Source: Nitrospirota bacterium
Lineage (GTDB): Bacteria; Nitrospirota; Leptospirillia; Leptospirillales; Leptospirillaceae
Direction: 5' to 3'
DNA: 53,964 bases
NCBI GenBank assembly: GCA_021827365.1
Contig: JAKAWK010000001.1
Location: forward strand, 1-53,964
Positions 18,838 to 28,248 of this stretch are shown in pieces. Position numbers and translations under genes: made by a program. Under the pieces are notes generated by a model. It worked only from the letters and a program-made list of their open reading frames with translations. It searched no databases and was not told the DNA's origin. Numbering within the stretch: position 1 is the first letter of the stretch; every line of letters begins with the position of its first letter.

Positions 18838-20144
18838 CCGATGTCGAGCCGACCGACGACATTGGGTTTGACCAGGGCACGAAACCCGACCCCCGGATTG
18901 ACGGCATAGTTTCCCCATTGGGTCACCTGGTTGGCATCCCGAAAGACCTCACCGATCCCAAGGAAGGGCGCCACCTGCCACTCCGACTCCACGTTGAAAA
19001 GATTCATGTCGAATGCCGCAATCCGTTCCTCGATATTGAACAAAGAGGCATCAAAATCATAATAGCGTCCGGTTCCGAATCCCTCCAGCGTATAGGCTCC
19101 GCCCAGCATGCTCATGGCAAAGAAGGGAATATTGGGACCATTCATCAAATTGATCATGGCCCGGATGGCCAGAACATTCTGGTCGTTGCTCCCGTGGGCG
19201 AGCCAGTATTTGTATTCGGCGTCGAAACGGTCGAAAAGGCTTGCCTGGCCGGGGGTCATGTTGTTGTCGAGCTCTGCAAATATCCTGGCATAGGTTCCCG
19301 AAGAAGGGATCAGATGGTTGTCCCTTGTATCGTAAGTCGCATCGACCCGGTGTGTCAGGATCTGGGCTCCAGTCGCAAATCCGGGGGCATCCGGGAAGAG
19401 AAGCCCCGTGTAGGGCATGCTCGGAACCTGTCCGGGCGAGGCCCCATACGAGCGGTAACGTTCCATGAACCAGACCCGGATCTTCTGGTCGTCGAAATTT
19501 CCCCCGAAGGTCCCGTGGACCGAGGTGGTCGCCAGGGTGAAGTTTGACTGGTCTCCGAAGGAGGAGGTCGGTCCGATCCCATAGAATCTGGCGGTCGGAT
19601 TCTTGAAGTCCTTCACCCGAACATCCACGATATACCGTCCGTTGTCCATGGAGAGGTCCCGGTAGTGGAACTCGTAGAAGTTCATGATGGAATTGGACTG
19701 GATGGCAATGACATGCCATCTCTTGAGATTACCCTTGTAATAGCGGTAGTACCGGAAGCCGGTTTCAAGGCCCATGTAGGAGTTGTACATGACCGAGGGG
19801 GCGAAGATCGACGTGATCCGTCCAGAGGGTTTCGCATAGAGGATCGGAATGATCGTGCCGTAGGTCACCCCCGAGTTGTAGGAATCTCCGATCGCGGGAA
19901 GAGGAACCACCACAGTGTTGTCAAAGGGAGTGCTATAGCTGAAGGGTGGAGGAGACCCGATGGGAAGGGTCGGAAAGGAGAGGCCCTGGGGACCCAGGGT
20001 GGTTGCCACCGGTGCCGGGGGGATGCCGGGGGAAACAGGGCCGGCCCCCCATGATGGCGATATGAGTAAAAGGACCATCCCCGTCTGGATTAGGAGAGAG
20101 GCAAGCCATCCCGCTCCTCTTCTCCAGCTTTTCTCCTCATTCAA
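18783..20144 (-). CDS. Omp85/D15-family outer-membrane beta-barrel without a long POTRA region
   Basis: Signal peptide (WRRGAGWLASLLIQTGMVLLLISPSWGA), LGGxxTLEGF-type motif, C-terminal ...VGIGFPF. The TTG start overlaps the hpnG stop (TTGA). Confidence 0.7.
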   Translation of the reverse strand: MNEEKSWRRGAGWLASLLIQTGMVLLLISPSWGAGPVSPGIPPAPVATTLGPQGLSFPTLPIGSPPPFSYSTPFDNTVVVPLPAIGDSYNSGVTYGTIIPILYAKPSGRITSIFAPSVMYNSYMGLETGFRYYRYYKGNLKRWHVIAIQSNSIMNFYEFHYRDLSMDNGRYIVDVRVKDFKNPTARFYGIGPTSSFGDQSNFTLATTSVHGTFGGNFDDQKIRVWFMERYRSYGASPGQVPSMPYTGLLFPDAPGFATGAQILTHRVDATYDTRDNHLIPSSGTYARIFAELDNNMTPGQASLFDRFDAEYKYWLAHGSNDQNVLAIRAMINLMNGPNIPFFAMSMLGGAYTLEGFGTGRYYDFDASLFNIEERIAAFDMNLFNVESEWQVAPFLGIGEVFRDANQVTQWGNYAVNPGVGFRALVKPNVVGRLDIGYSTEAGAVTYVGIGFPF

Positions 20145-20968
20145 CGGAAATCTCCTTCCGGACCATAGCCGGACTCGACTTGCTGCGAAACGAGTCTTCC
20201 CAGATCCCGGAGAGATTTATGGGCCCTGACCATCCCCCTGACGAGCGAAAAAATCGCGGGAATCAACCCCGGTCTCATGAGAAGCGTTTTCACGATCCCG
20301 CGAAGAGAGGTCTCCCCATGGCTGTCAACAAAATCCATCATTTCCGGCGGAAGGGTTTCTCCTGCCGCATCCGACACGACCCTGACCACCCAGCCCTGAA
20401 CCGAGTGTCGCAAGGCACAGGCGAGCCAATCCGCACTCTCCATATCCACCACATCCCCCCCGGTCTCGGCCTGGATCCGGACCTTCTCCGCTGGCGTGGA
20501 AACGGGGTTGCCCACAGTGAGAATCAGGCCGGTCCTGAACCGGCGGGAGAGAAAGTCCGGTGGAAAGACGGGATAACTTTCAGAGCCGGATTTCATGACC
20601 CGGGTCGCAACAAGAATGTCTCCCGCCATGAGGGAGGGAGAGATCCCTCCGGCAAACCCGCAAAAAAGGACCAAGCCCACGCCTCCCCCGGAGAAAAGAG
20701 TTCCAAGGTTGTCGAGTCCCCAGGATCCGGGGCCGGAATAGATGACAGGGACCCCTCCCCCCTCGCGCCAGTTTCCGCCGGGGTCCGCGCCCAAGGCGCG
20801 GTCGAGGGACAGAGGATAAAATGACAGGCCGGCCCCCCGGCAGAATGTCACAGCCTCGTCCCTGAGCGCCGTCACCACAAGAAAGCGACGAAAGGGACGA
20901 TGGGAGGTCTCAGGCACTGTTTCGGATGGGTGCGTAAGGGGAGCGTTTCCAGACCGCCACGCGCTCAT
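20141..20968 (-). CDS. hpnG: Hopanoid-associated phosphorylase/nucleosidase (PNP_UDP family)
   Basis: FLVVTALRDEA..., DMESA, RVVSDAAGE motifs typical of MTA/SAH-nucleosidase-like proteins, directly after shc. The start may be GTG 20917, giving an 8-nt overlap with shc instead of 59. Confidence 0.7.
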   Translation of the reverse strand: MSAWRSGNAPLTHPSETVPETSHRPFRRFLVVTALRDEAVTFCRGAGLSFYPLSLDRALGADPGGNWREGGGVPVIYSGPGSWGLDNLGTLFSGGGVGLVLFCGFAGGISPSLMAGDILVATRVMKSGSESYPVFPPDFLSRRFRTGLILTVGNPVSTPAEKVRIQAETGGDVVDMESADWLACALRHSVQGWVVRVVSDAAGETLPPEMMDFVDSHGETSLRGIVKTLLMRPGLIPAIFSLVRGMVRAHKSLRDLGRLVSQQVESGYGPEGDFR

Positions 20969-22997
20969 GGCCCAGCGCCATGCCGTTTTTCTTCAGGTTG
21001 CGGTAGAGGGAAAGCGCCCAGAGCGGAAAATAATGGCGATACATGTGATAGCGCAAGTAGAAGACACGCGGGAAACCCGTTCCGGTAAAGAGCTCTTCCT
21101 GCCAGGTTCCGTCCTCTCCCATGCGGGAGACAAGGTAGCGGATTCCCTTCCCGACGGAGGGATGATCGCAGTACCCTCCGTGAAGAAGCGAGATAAGGGC
21201 CCAGGCTGTCTGCGACGGGGTCGAAGCCCCTCTTCCGGAAAAATCTGATGAGGCGTAGGAAAGACAATCCTCGCCCCATCCTCCGTCCTCGTTCTGGCGT
21301 TCAAGAAGATAGTTCATCGCACGGATGATCCAGGGCTCATCCATTCCGACCCCGATGCTCTTGAGACCGGCGATGACCGACCAGGTTCCATAGATATAGT
21401 TCACTCCCCAACGCCCGAACCAGGAGCCATCCTTCTCCTGTTCACGCCTCAGATAACGTATGGCCCGGGCGGCTGGAGGGAAGTCCGGACCGTACCCGAG
21501 CCCACCCAGAAGCTCCAGAACCCGACCCGTCAGGTCGGCAGTGCTGGGATCGAGCAAGGCTCCATGGTCGGCAAAGGGAATGTTGTTCAGAATTAGCATG
21601 TCGTTGTCCTTGTCGAAGGCCGCCCATCCCCCGTCCGTTCCCTGCATGGCCACCACCCACCGGCAAGCCCGGCGAAAGACGTCATCCATCCGTGCCGCGA
21701 GATCAGGACGATAGGGAAAGATCTTGGCCATGCCCATGAGAACCATCGCCGTATCATCGACATCCGGATAGTATTCGTTTTCAAACTGAAAGGCCCATCC
21801 ACCGGGTTCGCAGTCCGGGACCCGCACTGTCCAGTCCCCCGCCACATGCACCTCCCGGGAGCGATACCATTCCATGGCCCTGTCGATTGTCGGGGAATCA
21901 GGAGAAAGTCCGGCCTCGACAAGAGCCCCCAGTGCCAGAGCCGTATCCCAGATCGGTGAGACGCAGGGCTGGACCAGGACTTTCTCCCCCATGGGGAGAA
22001 CAAGGTCATCAATCGACGAAAGAACGCGTTGCATCAGGGGATGGGCGAGACCATACCCGGAAAGGTGGAGGGCAACGGCGCTGTTGGCCATGGCCGGATA
22101 GATCGCCCCGAGTCCGCCTTCACCGGCCAGGCGAGGCACCATCCATTCCATGGCCGCCTTCAGGGCCCTTTTTCTGAGGAAGGGGACGGGATGACGGTTC
22201 CAGAAGCGCAGGAGAGAATCAAGCCTCAGAAAGACGTTTCGAAATGTGAAGAATTTCCTGGAGGGCAGAAACCTCTCCCCGTCCGGATGAGCCGGGTCAA
22301 AAAGTTCGGAGATCCCTCGTTCGGGGGAAAGTTTGACCAGAGGACGATGGTGATAGATGAAAAGAAGGGGAACGATCACCGTCCTCGACCAGTAGGAGAC
22401 CGAGTAGATAGAAAAGGGAAACCATGACGGGAGGAGCACCATCTCGGCCGGAAGGGCGGGAACCTTTTCCCAGTCATACTGGCCAAAGACGGCAAGGGCG
22501 ATCCTGGTAAAGACGTTGACCTTCCCCGCCCCTCCTCGAGACAGGATCCACGCCCTCGCTCGGACGAGAGCTGGGTCTTCGGGGGAAAAACCGGAGAGCT
22601 TGAGAGCCAGGTAGGCCTTGACAGTGGCACTGATATCCGGATCCCCGTCCTTGAAAAGGGGCCAGCCACCCTCCTTTCCCTGAAGGGACAGGATCGACTC
22701 GACAATTTTTCCCCGCAATCCCGGATCGACCGGCCTTCCGATGATTTCGTGGAGAAATAGGTACTCCGAGGGAATGGTCGCATCGGCTTCGAGAGGGGCG
22801 ACCCAGTATCCATTCGGATTTTGGGCGGAGACCAGCCAGGAGATCGCGCGGGAGATCGTCTGCCCAAGCCCTTCCACCTTTTCATCCGAAAGGCCGAAAA
22901 GTTCCGCTCCCTGGAGAGTCGACTCCCTCTCCTGCACACGAGCCTCTTCCCGGTTTGACATCACCGGCCCTGTCTTTCCCGTTCCCGTTATATCCAT
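20910..22997 (-). CDS. shc: Squalene-hopene cyclase
   Basis: 695 aa with repeated QW motifs and the catalytic DVDDTA motif (YYPDVDDTAMVL). Confidence 0.95.
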   Translation of the reverse strand: MDITGTGKTGPVMSNREEARVQERESTLQGAELFGLSDEKVEGLGQTISRAISWLVSAQNPNGYWVAPLEADATIPSEYLFLHEIIGRPVDPGLRGKIVESILSLQGKEGGWPLFKDGDPDISATVKAYLALKLSGFSPEDPALVRARAWILSRGGAGKVNVFTRIALAVFGQYDWEKVPALPAEMVLLPSWFPFSIYSVSYWSRTVIVPLLFIYHHRPLVKLSPERGISELFDPAHPDGERFLPSRKFFTFRNVFLRLDSLLRFWNRHPVPFLRKRALKAAMEWMVPRLAGEGGLGAIYPAMANSAVALHLSGYGLAHPLMQRVLSSIDDLVLPMGEKVLVQPCVSPIWDTALALGALVEAGLSPDSPTIDRAMEWYRSREVHVAGDWTVRVPDCEPGGWAFQFENEYYPDVDDTAMVLMGMAKIFPYRPDLAARMDDVFRRACRWVVAMQGTDGGWAAFDKDNDMLILNNIPFADHGALLDPSTADLTGRVLELLGGLGYGPDFPPAARAIRYLRREQEKDGSWFGRWGVNYIYGTWSVIAGLKSIGVGMDEPWIIRAMNYLLERQNEDGGWGEDCLSYASSDFSGRGASTPSQTAWALISLLHGGYCDHPSVGKGIRYLVSRMGEDGTWQEELFTGTGFPRVFYLRYHMYRHYFPLWALSLYRNLKKNGMALGHERVAVWKRSPYAPIRNSA

Positions 22998-23280
22998 AGG
23001 AATGCCTGTCGTCTCAGAAAATTTTGATTAAAACCACAATCCTTTTCTCTTAACAAAACCATGAAAAAAGGTCAAGGGTTGCTTTCACAAATTATCTTCA
23101 AATATGAAACTTTACAAAATCATGACTGAAAACTCCCTTGATTTCCGGTGAAAAATAGGCAATAGTAACGAATACAGGAACACATCCCTGACTTGACGCA
23201 GCCGAAGTCGTTCCGAATCGGTCCATCCCAAAAGAAGAGCCGGATCCGATCACCCGTCCAGAAGATCTTAGGAGAATTCC

Positions 23281-25335
23281 ATGGCGACCCCCCTTCAGCC
23301 CCTTTCACCGGAGATGGAACTAAAGGCCATCAACACCCTCCGGATGCTTGCCGTCGACATTGTCCAGAAAGCCAATTCCGGCCATCCAGGAACCCCCATG
23401 GGATTCGCACCCCCGGCATTCGTTCTTTGGAGAGATTACCTGCGGGCCAACCCCAAAAATCCTGACTGGCCGGGACGGGACCGGTTCGTCCTCTCCGGAG
23501 GTCATTCCTCGGCGCTGCTCTATTCTCTGCTCTGCCTGTCAGGATACGGACTGACCATCGACGATCTCAAGTCATTCCGGCAATGGGGGAGCCGGACACC
23601 CGGACACCCGGAATACGGCCACACTAAGGGAATCGAAACCACGACCGGGCCTCTCGGACAGGGATTCGGAAATGCGGTGGGGATGGCGTTGGCCCTCCGC
23701 TACCTGGGCCTCCGTTTCAACCGGCCCGGCATGACGATCCTTTCTCCCCGGGTTTTTGTCGAGGCCGGTGACGGAGACATGATGGAGGGGATTTCGAACG
23801 AGGCGGCCTCCTTCGCCGGCCACCAGGGGCTCTCCAACCTGATCTGTCTCTACGACCGAAACCATATCTCGATCGACGGCAGCACCGATTTGGCCTTCAC
23901 CGAAGATACTCCCGCCCGCTTCCGGGCCCTGGGATGGGCTGTCCGGGAAATCCCCGACGGAAATGACACCAAGCTTGTCCGCCAAGCCCTCGACTGGGCG
24001 ACCGACCCCGCCCTCCAGCTTCCCCAGGAGAGGGATTCGCCAAAGATGATCGCAATCCGGACCCATATCGGATTCGGAAGTCCGACCTACCAGGATACGG
24101 CTCATGTCCACGGATCGCCATTGGGACCGGAGGAGGTCATCCGGACGAAGGAAAACCTGGGGTGGCCCCTTTCACCGGAATTTCTGGTCCCGGACGATGT
24201 CCGGGAGATCTTTGACCGGGTCGCGGAGAGGGGGGCCACCCAGGAAAAGGAATGGCAGGAGCTTTTTTCACGCTACCGGGTCTCCCACCCTGAGGAAGCC
24301 GCCACCTTCGAGATGGCCATGAAGGGCATCCACCCGTCGGGCCTCTCCAAACGCCTGCCGGCCTTTTCGCCTGCCGACAAGCCAATGGCGACCCGGCAGG
24401 CCTTCGGAACGGTCCTTCAGGAGGCTGCGCGCATGCAGCCCCTCCTCTGGGGAGGGTCGGCGGATCTTGCTCCTTCGAACAACACTCTCATCAAGGGCGA
24501 GCCGGACTGCCAGCTCAGGACCCCGGGGGGGAGGAACCTTCACTTCGGCGTCCGGGAGCATGCCATGGGGGCGATCATGAACGGAATGGCTCTCTCGAGA
24601 GCCGTCCGACCCTATGGAGGGACCTTCCTCGTCTTCTCGGACTACATGAAGGGAGCGATGCGCCTCTCCGCCCTGATGGGTCTTCCTGTCCTCTATGTCC
24701 TGACCCATGACAGCATCGGCCTGGGAGAGGACGGACCCACCCATCAGCCGGTCGAACACCTGACGGCCCTGCGCGCCCTTCCCGGAATGGCGGTCATCCG
24801 CCCTGCCGACGCCAACGAAACCCTGGTCGCCATGGACTGGATCACGGCCCAGAACGAGATGCCGGTCGCCCTTGTTCTTTCCCGGCAGTCTCTCCCGATT
24901 CTTGATGCACCTTTTGATTCCATCAAGACCGGCGTCCCTCAGGGGGGATACGTTCTCCGTGACTCCCCCTCAACGCCACGGGTGACCCTGATCGGAACAG
25001 GGAGCGAAGTCTCCCTTCTCTGGAAGGTCCAGGACGCCCTGACCGAAAGGGGAATCCCCACCCGCCTGGTGAGCCTTCCTTCAACAACACTTTTCGACCG
25101 GCAACCCGTGGCTTACAGGTCAGCAGTCCTGGGCGAAAGTCCCCTGCGTCTTTATGCCGAAGCAGGAAGCACCTTGGGCTTCTGGAAGTATATCGGATCA
25201 CGGGGGATCGCCGTGGGCCTCGACCACTTTGGGGCCTCGGCCCCCTATGGCCGTCTGATGGAGGAATTCGGCTTCTCCGTTGAGAAGGTCCTTGAACGAA
25301 TTCGCACCCAATGGCCTGAGCTTGGCCTTGCCTGA
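23281..25335 (+). CDS. tkt: Transketolase
   Basis: SGHPGTPMG, GDGDMMEGIS, GEDGPTHQPVEH motifs; 684 aa. Confidence 0.95.
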   Translation: MATPLQPLSPEMELKAINTLRMLAVDIVQKANSGHPGTPMGFAPPAFVLWRDYLRANPKNPDWPGRDRFVLSGGHSSALLYSLLCLSGYGLTIDDLKSFRQWGSRTPGHPEYGHTKGIETTTGPLGQGFGNAVGMALALRYLGLRFNRPGMTILSPRVFVEAGDGDMMEGISNEAASFAGHQGLSNLICLYDRNHISIDGSTDLAFTEDTPARFRALGWAVREIPDGNDTKLVRQALDWATDPALQLPQERDSPKMIAIRTHIGFGSPTYQDTAHVHGSPLGPEEVIRTKENLGWPLSPEFLVPDDVREIFDRVAERGATQEKEWQELFSRYRVSHPEEAATFEMAMKGIHPSGLSKRLPAFSPADKPMATRQAFGTVLQEAARMQPLLWGGSADLAPSNNTLIKGEPDCQLRTPGGRNLHFGVREHAMGAIMNGMALSRAVRPYGGTFLVFSDYMKGAMRLSALMGLPVLYVLTHDSIGLGEDGPTHQPVEHLTALRALPGMAVIRPADANETLVAMDWITAQNEMPVALVLSRQSLPILDAPFDSIKTGVPQGGYVLRDSPSTPRVTLIGTGSEVSLLWKVQDALTERGIPTRLVSLPSTTLFDRQPVAYRSAVLGESPLRLYAEAGSTLGFWKYIGSRGIAVGLDHFGASAPYGRLMEEFGFSVEKVLERIRTQWPELGLA

Positions 25336-25377
25336 CCCTTGTCAGACCTGACCATGCCCCTAATCAAGGAGACCAGA

Positions 25378-26556
25378 ATGAATACCGGACAACTTTCCCC
25401 CATCGCCCCCAAAGGACCGGTGGCAGAACTGCTGAAAGAGGGGCAAAGCGTTTGGCTCGACACCATCAGCCGTCACCTCATGGATTCGGGAGAGCTGGCA
25501 GAACTCATCGGCTCGGTGGGAATCCGTGGGATCACCTCCAACCCCACCATCTTCGAAAAGGCCATCAACGGCTCCGCAGACTATGACGCGGAAATCACCC
25601 GTCTTGCCAGGGAAAACCATTCCCCGACCGATATCATCCGGCTCCTGATGGTCGAGGACGTCCGGCGCGCCTGCGACTTTTTTCGACCGATCTACGATAC
25701 CTCCTCCTTTGCGGACGGCTATGTCTCGATCGAGGTGAACCCGCTTCTCGCCCATGACACGGAAGAATCGGTCGTGGAGGCTCGAACGCTCCACCAGATG
25801 GTCGATCGTCCCAACCTTCTCGTAAAGATCCCGGGAACCCCCGAAGGCATTCCCGCAATACGGCAGCTGATCTCGGAAGGGATCTCGATCAATGTGACTC
25901 TCCTTTTTTCTCCCGACGCCTATCGCAAGGCCGCCATGGCGTATATCGCGGGTCTCCGGGACTATGTCTCGAAAGGCCACAACCCCGCCCGGGTCCACAG
26001 TGTGGCCAGCCTGTTCATCAGCCGGCTCGACACCTTGGTCGACCGGAAACTCGAAGAAATAGCCGCCTCCGCCACCGATCCGACGCTTGCCAAAAAAGCC
26101 GCAGGCCTCCTGGGCATGGCCGGCATCGCCAATACCCAGATCGTCTATGAAAATTTTGAAAAACTTTTCGACAAGGAGACCTTCGGGGATCTGGCCTCCC
26201 ATGGCGCCCGAGTCCAGCGCCCTCTCTGGGCCTCGACTGGCACCAAGAATCCGAAGTACTCTGACGTTCTCTATGTCCAGAACCTGATCGGGCCTGACAC
26301 GGTCAACACGGTTCCTGCCGAAACACTCCGGGCCTTTGCCGACCACGGCAAGGCCATACGGACCATCGATCGCTACAGAGAGGACCGGACTCTCCCCAAC
26401 CCCCACGAGATCCTGGAAAAAATCCAGAACATCGGTATTTCGCTGGAAGCCGCTTACAACCAGCTGATCCGGGAGGGAGTGGAGGCCTTCAACAAATCCT
26501 TCGAAAGTCTTCTGGCCAGTACCGAGAAAAAGATTGCCTCCATCCGGAAGGGATGA
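25378..26556 (+). CDS. tal: Transaldolase (long form)
   Basis: QSVWLDTISR, GITSNPTIFEKAI, LVKIPGT motifs. I chose the ATG at 25378 after AAGGAG; the ORF track starts at 25339. Confidence 0.9.
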   Translation: MNTGQLSPIAPKGPVAELLKEGQSVWLDTISRHLMDSGELAELIGSVGIRGITSNPTIFEKAINGSADYDAEITRLARENHSPTDIIRLLMVEDVRRACDFFRPIYDTSSFADGYVSIEVNPLLAHDTEESVVEARTLHQMVDRPNLLVKIPGTPEGIPAIRQLISEGISINVTLLFSPDAYRKAAMAYIAGLRDYVSKGHNPARVHSVASLFISRLDTLVDRKLEEIAASATDPTLAKKAAGLLGMAGIANTQIVYENFEKLFDKETFGDLASHGARVQRPLWASTGTKNPKYSDVLYVQNLIGPDTVNTVPAETLRAFADHGKAIRTIDRYREDRTLPNPHEILEKIQNIGISLEAAYNQLIREGVEAFNKSFESLLASTEKKIASIRKG

Positions 26557-26607
26557 CGGCCCTTCGCGAGGGCCGTCCCCCATAGGGACCCGTACAAGAA
26601 GGCCGCC

Positions 26608-28191
26608 ATGGATCTTTCACAAAAGAAAGGATCTCCCTTGACAAGCAGCCTCCAGTCGCCCTTCCAGGGTGCCGGATTGAGTGAAGTCCAGCCTACGCCG
26701 CCGTCCACGGACACGCCCCCGCTGACCATCGTCATCTTTGGCGCATCAGGAGACCTGACTCACAGGAAACTCGTTCCGGCCCTCTTCGACCTGATGGTCG
26801 ACGGATTGCTTCATCCCGAGACAAGAATTCTTGGTGTTGCCCGAAGTCCCAAGACCCACGAGGAGTTTCGAGGGGAACTCCGGGCCTCCGTCCAGACCTT
26901 TGCCCGGAGCACAAACCATCTCGATCTCTTTTCCGAGTTCGAAAAGAAGATCTTTTACCACCCCATGACCTTCGACGACCCCAACGGATATACGGCCATC
27001 CGGACTACCCTTCTCTCCGACGAGTTCAGAAAGCCGACCCGGGGCAATGTTCTGTATTACCTGGCCACCCCGCCCAGCTATTTTGTGCCGATCATCCGGA
27101 ACCTGGGGAGCTTCGGCCTGGCAAAGATCAACGAAGACACGGGAGAGACTCCCGCTCCCTTCACCCGGATCATTGTCGAGAAACCCTTTGGGCGGGACCT
27201 GGCCTCGGCCAGGGACTTAAACCGCGAGGTTCTCCAGGTCTTTGCCGAACCCCAGGTCTATCGCATCGACCACTATCTGGGAAAGGAGACAGTCCAGAAT
27301 ATTGTTGTCTTCCGGCTCTCGAACCCGGTCTTCGGAAACCTCTGGAACAATGTCTTCGTCAAGAGTGTCCACATCTCCGTCCACGAGTCGGTTGGAGTCG
27401 AAGGGCGGGGGGGGTATTTCGAGGAGGCAGGAATCCTGCGTGACATGGTCCAGAACCACCTCTTCCAGCTCATGACCCTGACCGCCATGGAACCTCCGGT
27501 CGCCTTCGAGGCCGAGTCGATCCGGGACGAAAAGGTGAAGGTCCTCCGATCTCTGAAACCGGTCCGGATCGACGATCTTCCCCGGACGATCGTCCGGGGC
27601 CAGTATACGGTAGGCGAGGTTGACGGCGTCCCCGTCCAGGGCTACAGGAACGAACCCAAAATTCCCCCTCTCTCCGACACATCGACCTTTGTCCGGATGA
27701 AGGTCGAGATCCAGAACTGGCGATGGGCCGGAGTTCCCTTCTATCTGACGGCGGGCAAGCGCATGTCGAAAAGGGAGACCCTGGTCCGGATTGTCTTCAA
27801 GGACTTCCCCTTTGCTCTTTTCCGACTGGCGGGAACCCCCGGGACGGTCCCCAACGAGCTGATCATCCGGATCCAGCCCAACGAAGGCATCGCCCTCCGT
27901 TTCGGGATCAAGAAACCCGGCGGATCCCTCATGATCGATCCGGTCGAGATGAACTTCTCCTATCAGCAGGCTTACCGCGCCCAGGCTCCCGAAGCCTACG
28001 AGCGTCTGCTCCACGATGCCATCGTCGGGGACTCGACCCTCTTTGCACGCAATGACGAGGTCGAAAATTCCTGGAATTTCATGGCTCCCTTCCTGGGCGA
28101 CCTGACAAAGCTCTCTCCTCTCCGATTCTATACCGCCGGTACCGATGGCCCCGAGGAACAGGACCGGATCGGTGAACCCTCTCCCGCCTGA
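26608..28191 (+). CDS. zwf: Glucose-6-phosphate 1-dehydrogenase
   Basis: IFGASGDLTHRKL, RIDHYLGKE, EKPFG motifs. The protein has an N-terminal extension of about 38 aa. Confidence 0.93.
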   Translation: MDLSQKKGSPLTSSLQSPFQGAGLSEVQPTPPSTDTPPLTIVIFGASGDLTHRKLVPALFDLMVDGLLHPETRILGVARSPKTHEEFRGELRASVQTFARSTNHLDLFSEFEKKIFYHPMTFDDPNGYTAIRTTLLSDEFRKPTRGNVLYYLATPPSYFVPIIRNLGSFGLAKINEDTGETPAPFTRIIVEKPFGRDLASARDLNREVLQVFAEPQVYRIDHYLGKETVQNIVVFRLSNPVFGNLWNNVFVKSVHISVHESVGVEGRGGYFEEAGILRDMVQNHLFQLMTLTAMEPPVAFEAESIRDEKVKVLRSLKPVRIDDLPRTIVRGQYTVGEVDGVPVQGYRNEPKIPPLSDTSTFVRMKVEIQNWRWAGVPFYLTAGKRMSKRETLVRIVFKDFPFALFRLAGTPGTVPNELIIRIQPNEGIALRFGIKKPGGSLMIDPVEMNFSYQQAYRAQAPEAYERLLHDAIVGDSTLFARNDEVENSWNFMAPFLGDLTKLSPLRFYTAGTDGPEEQDRIGEPSPA

Positions 28192-28248
28192 GACCTCAAT
28201 ACATTGAACAGAATCGGTCCGGAAGAAATTCCGACAGAACGTCCAATC

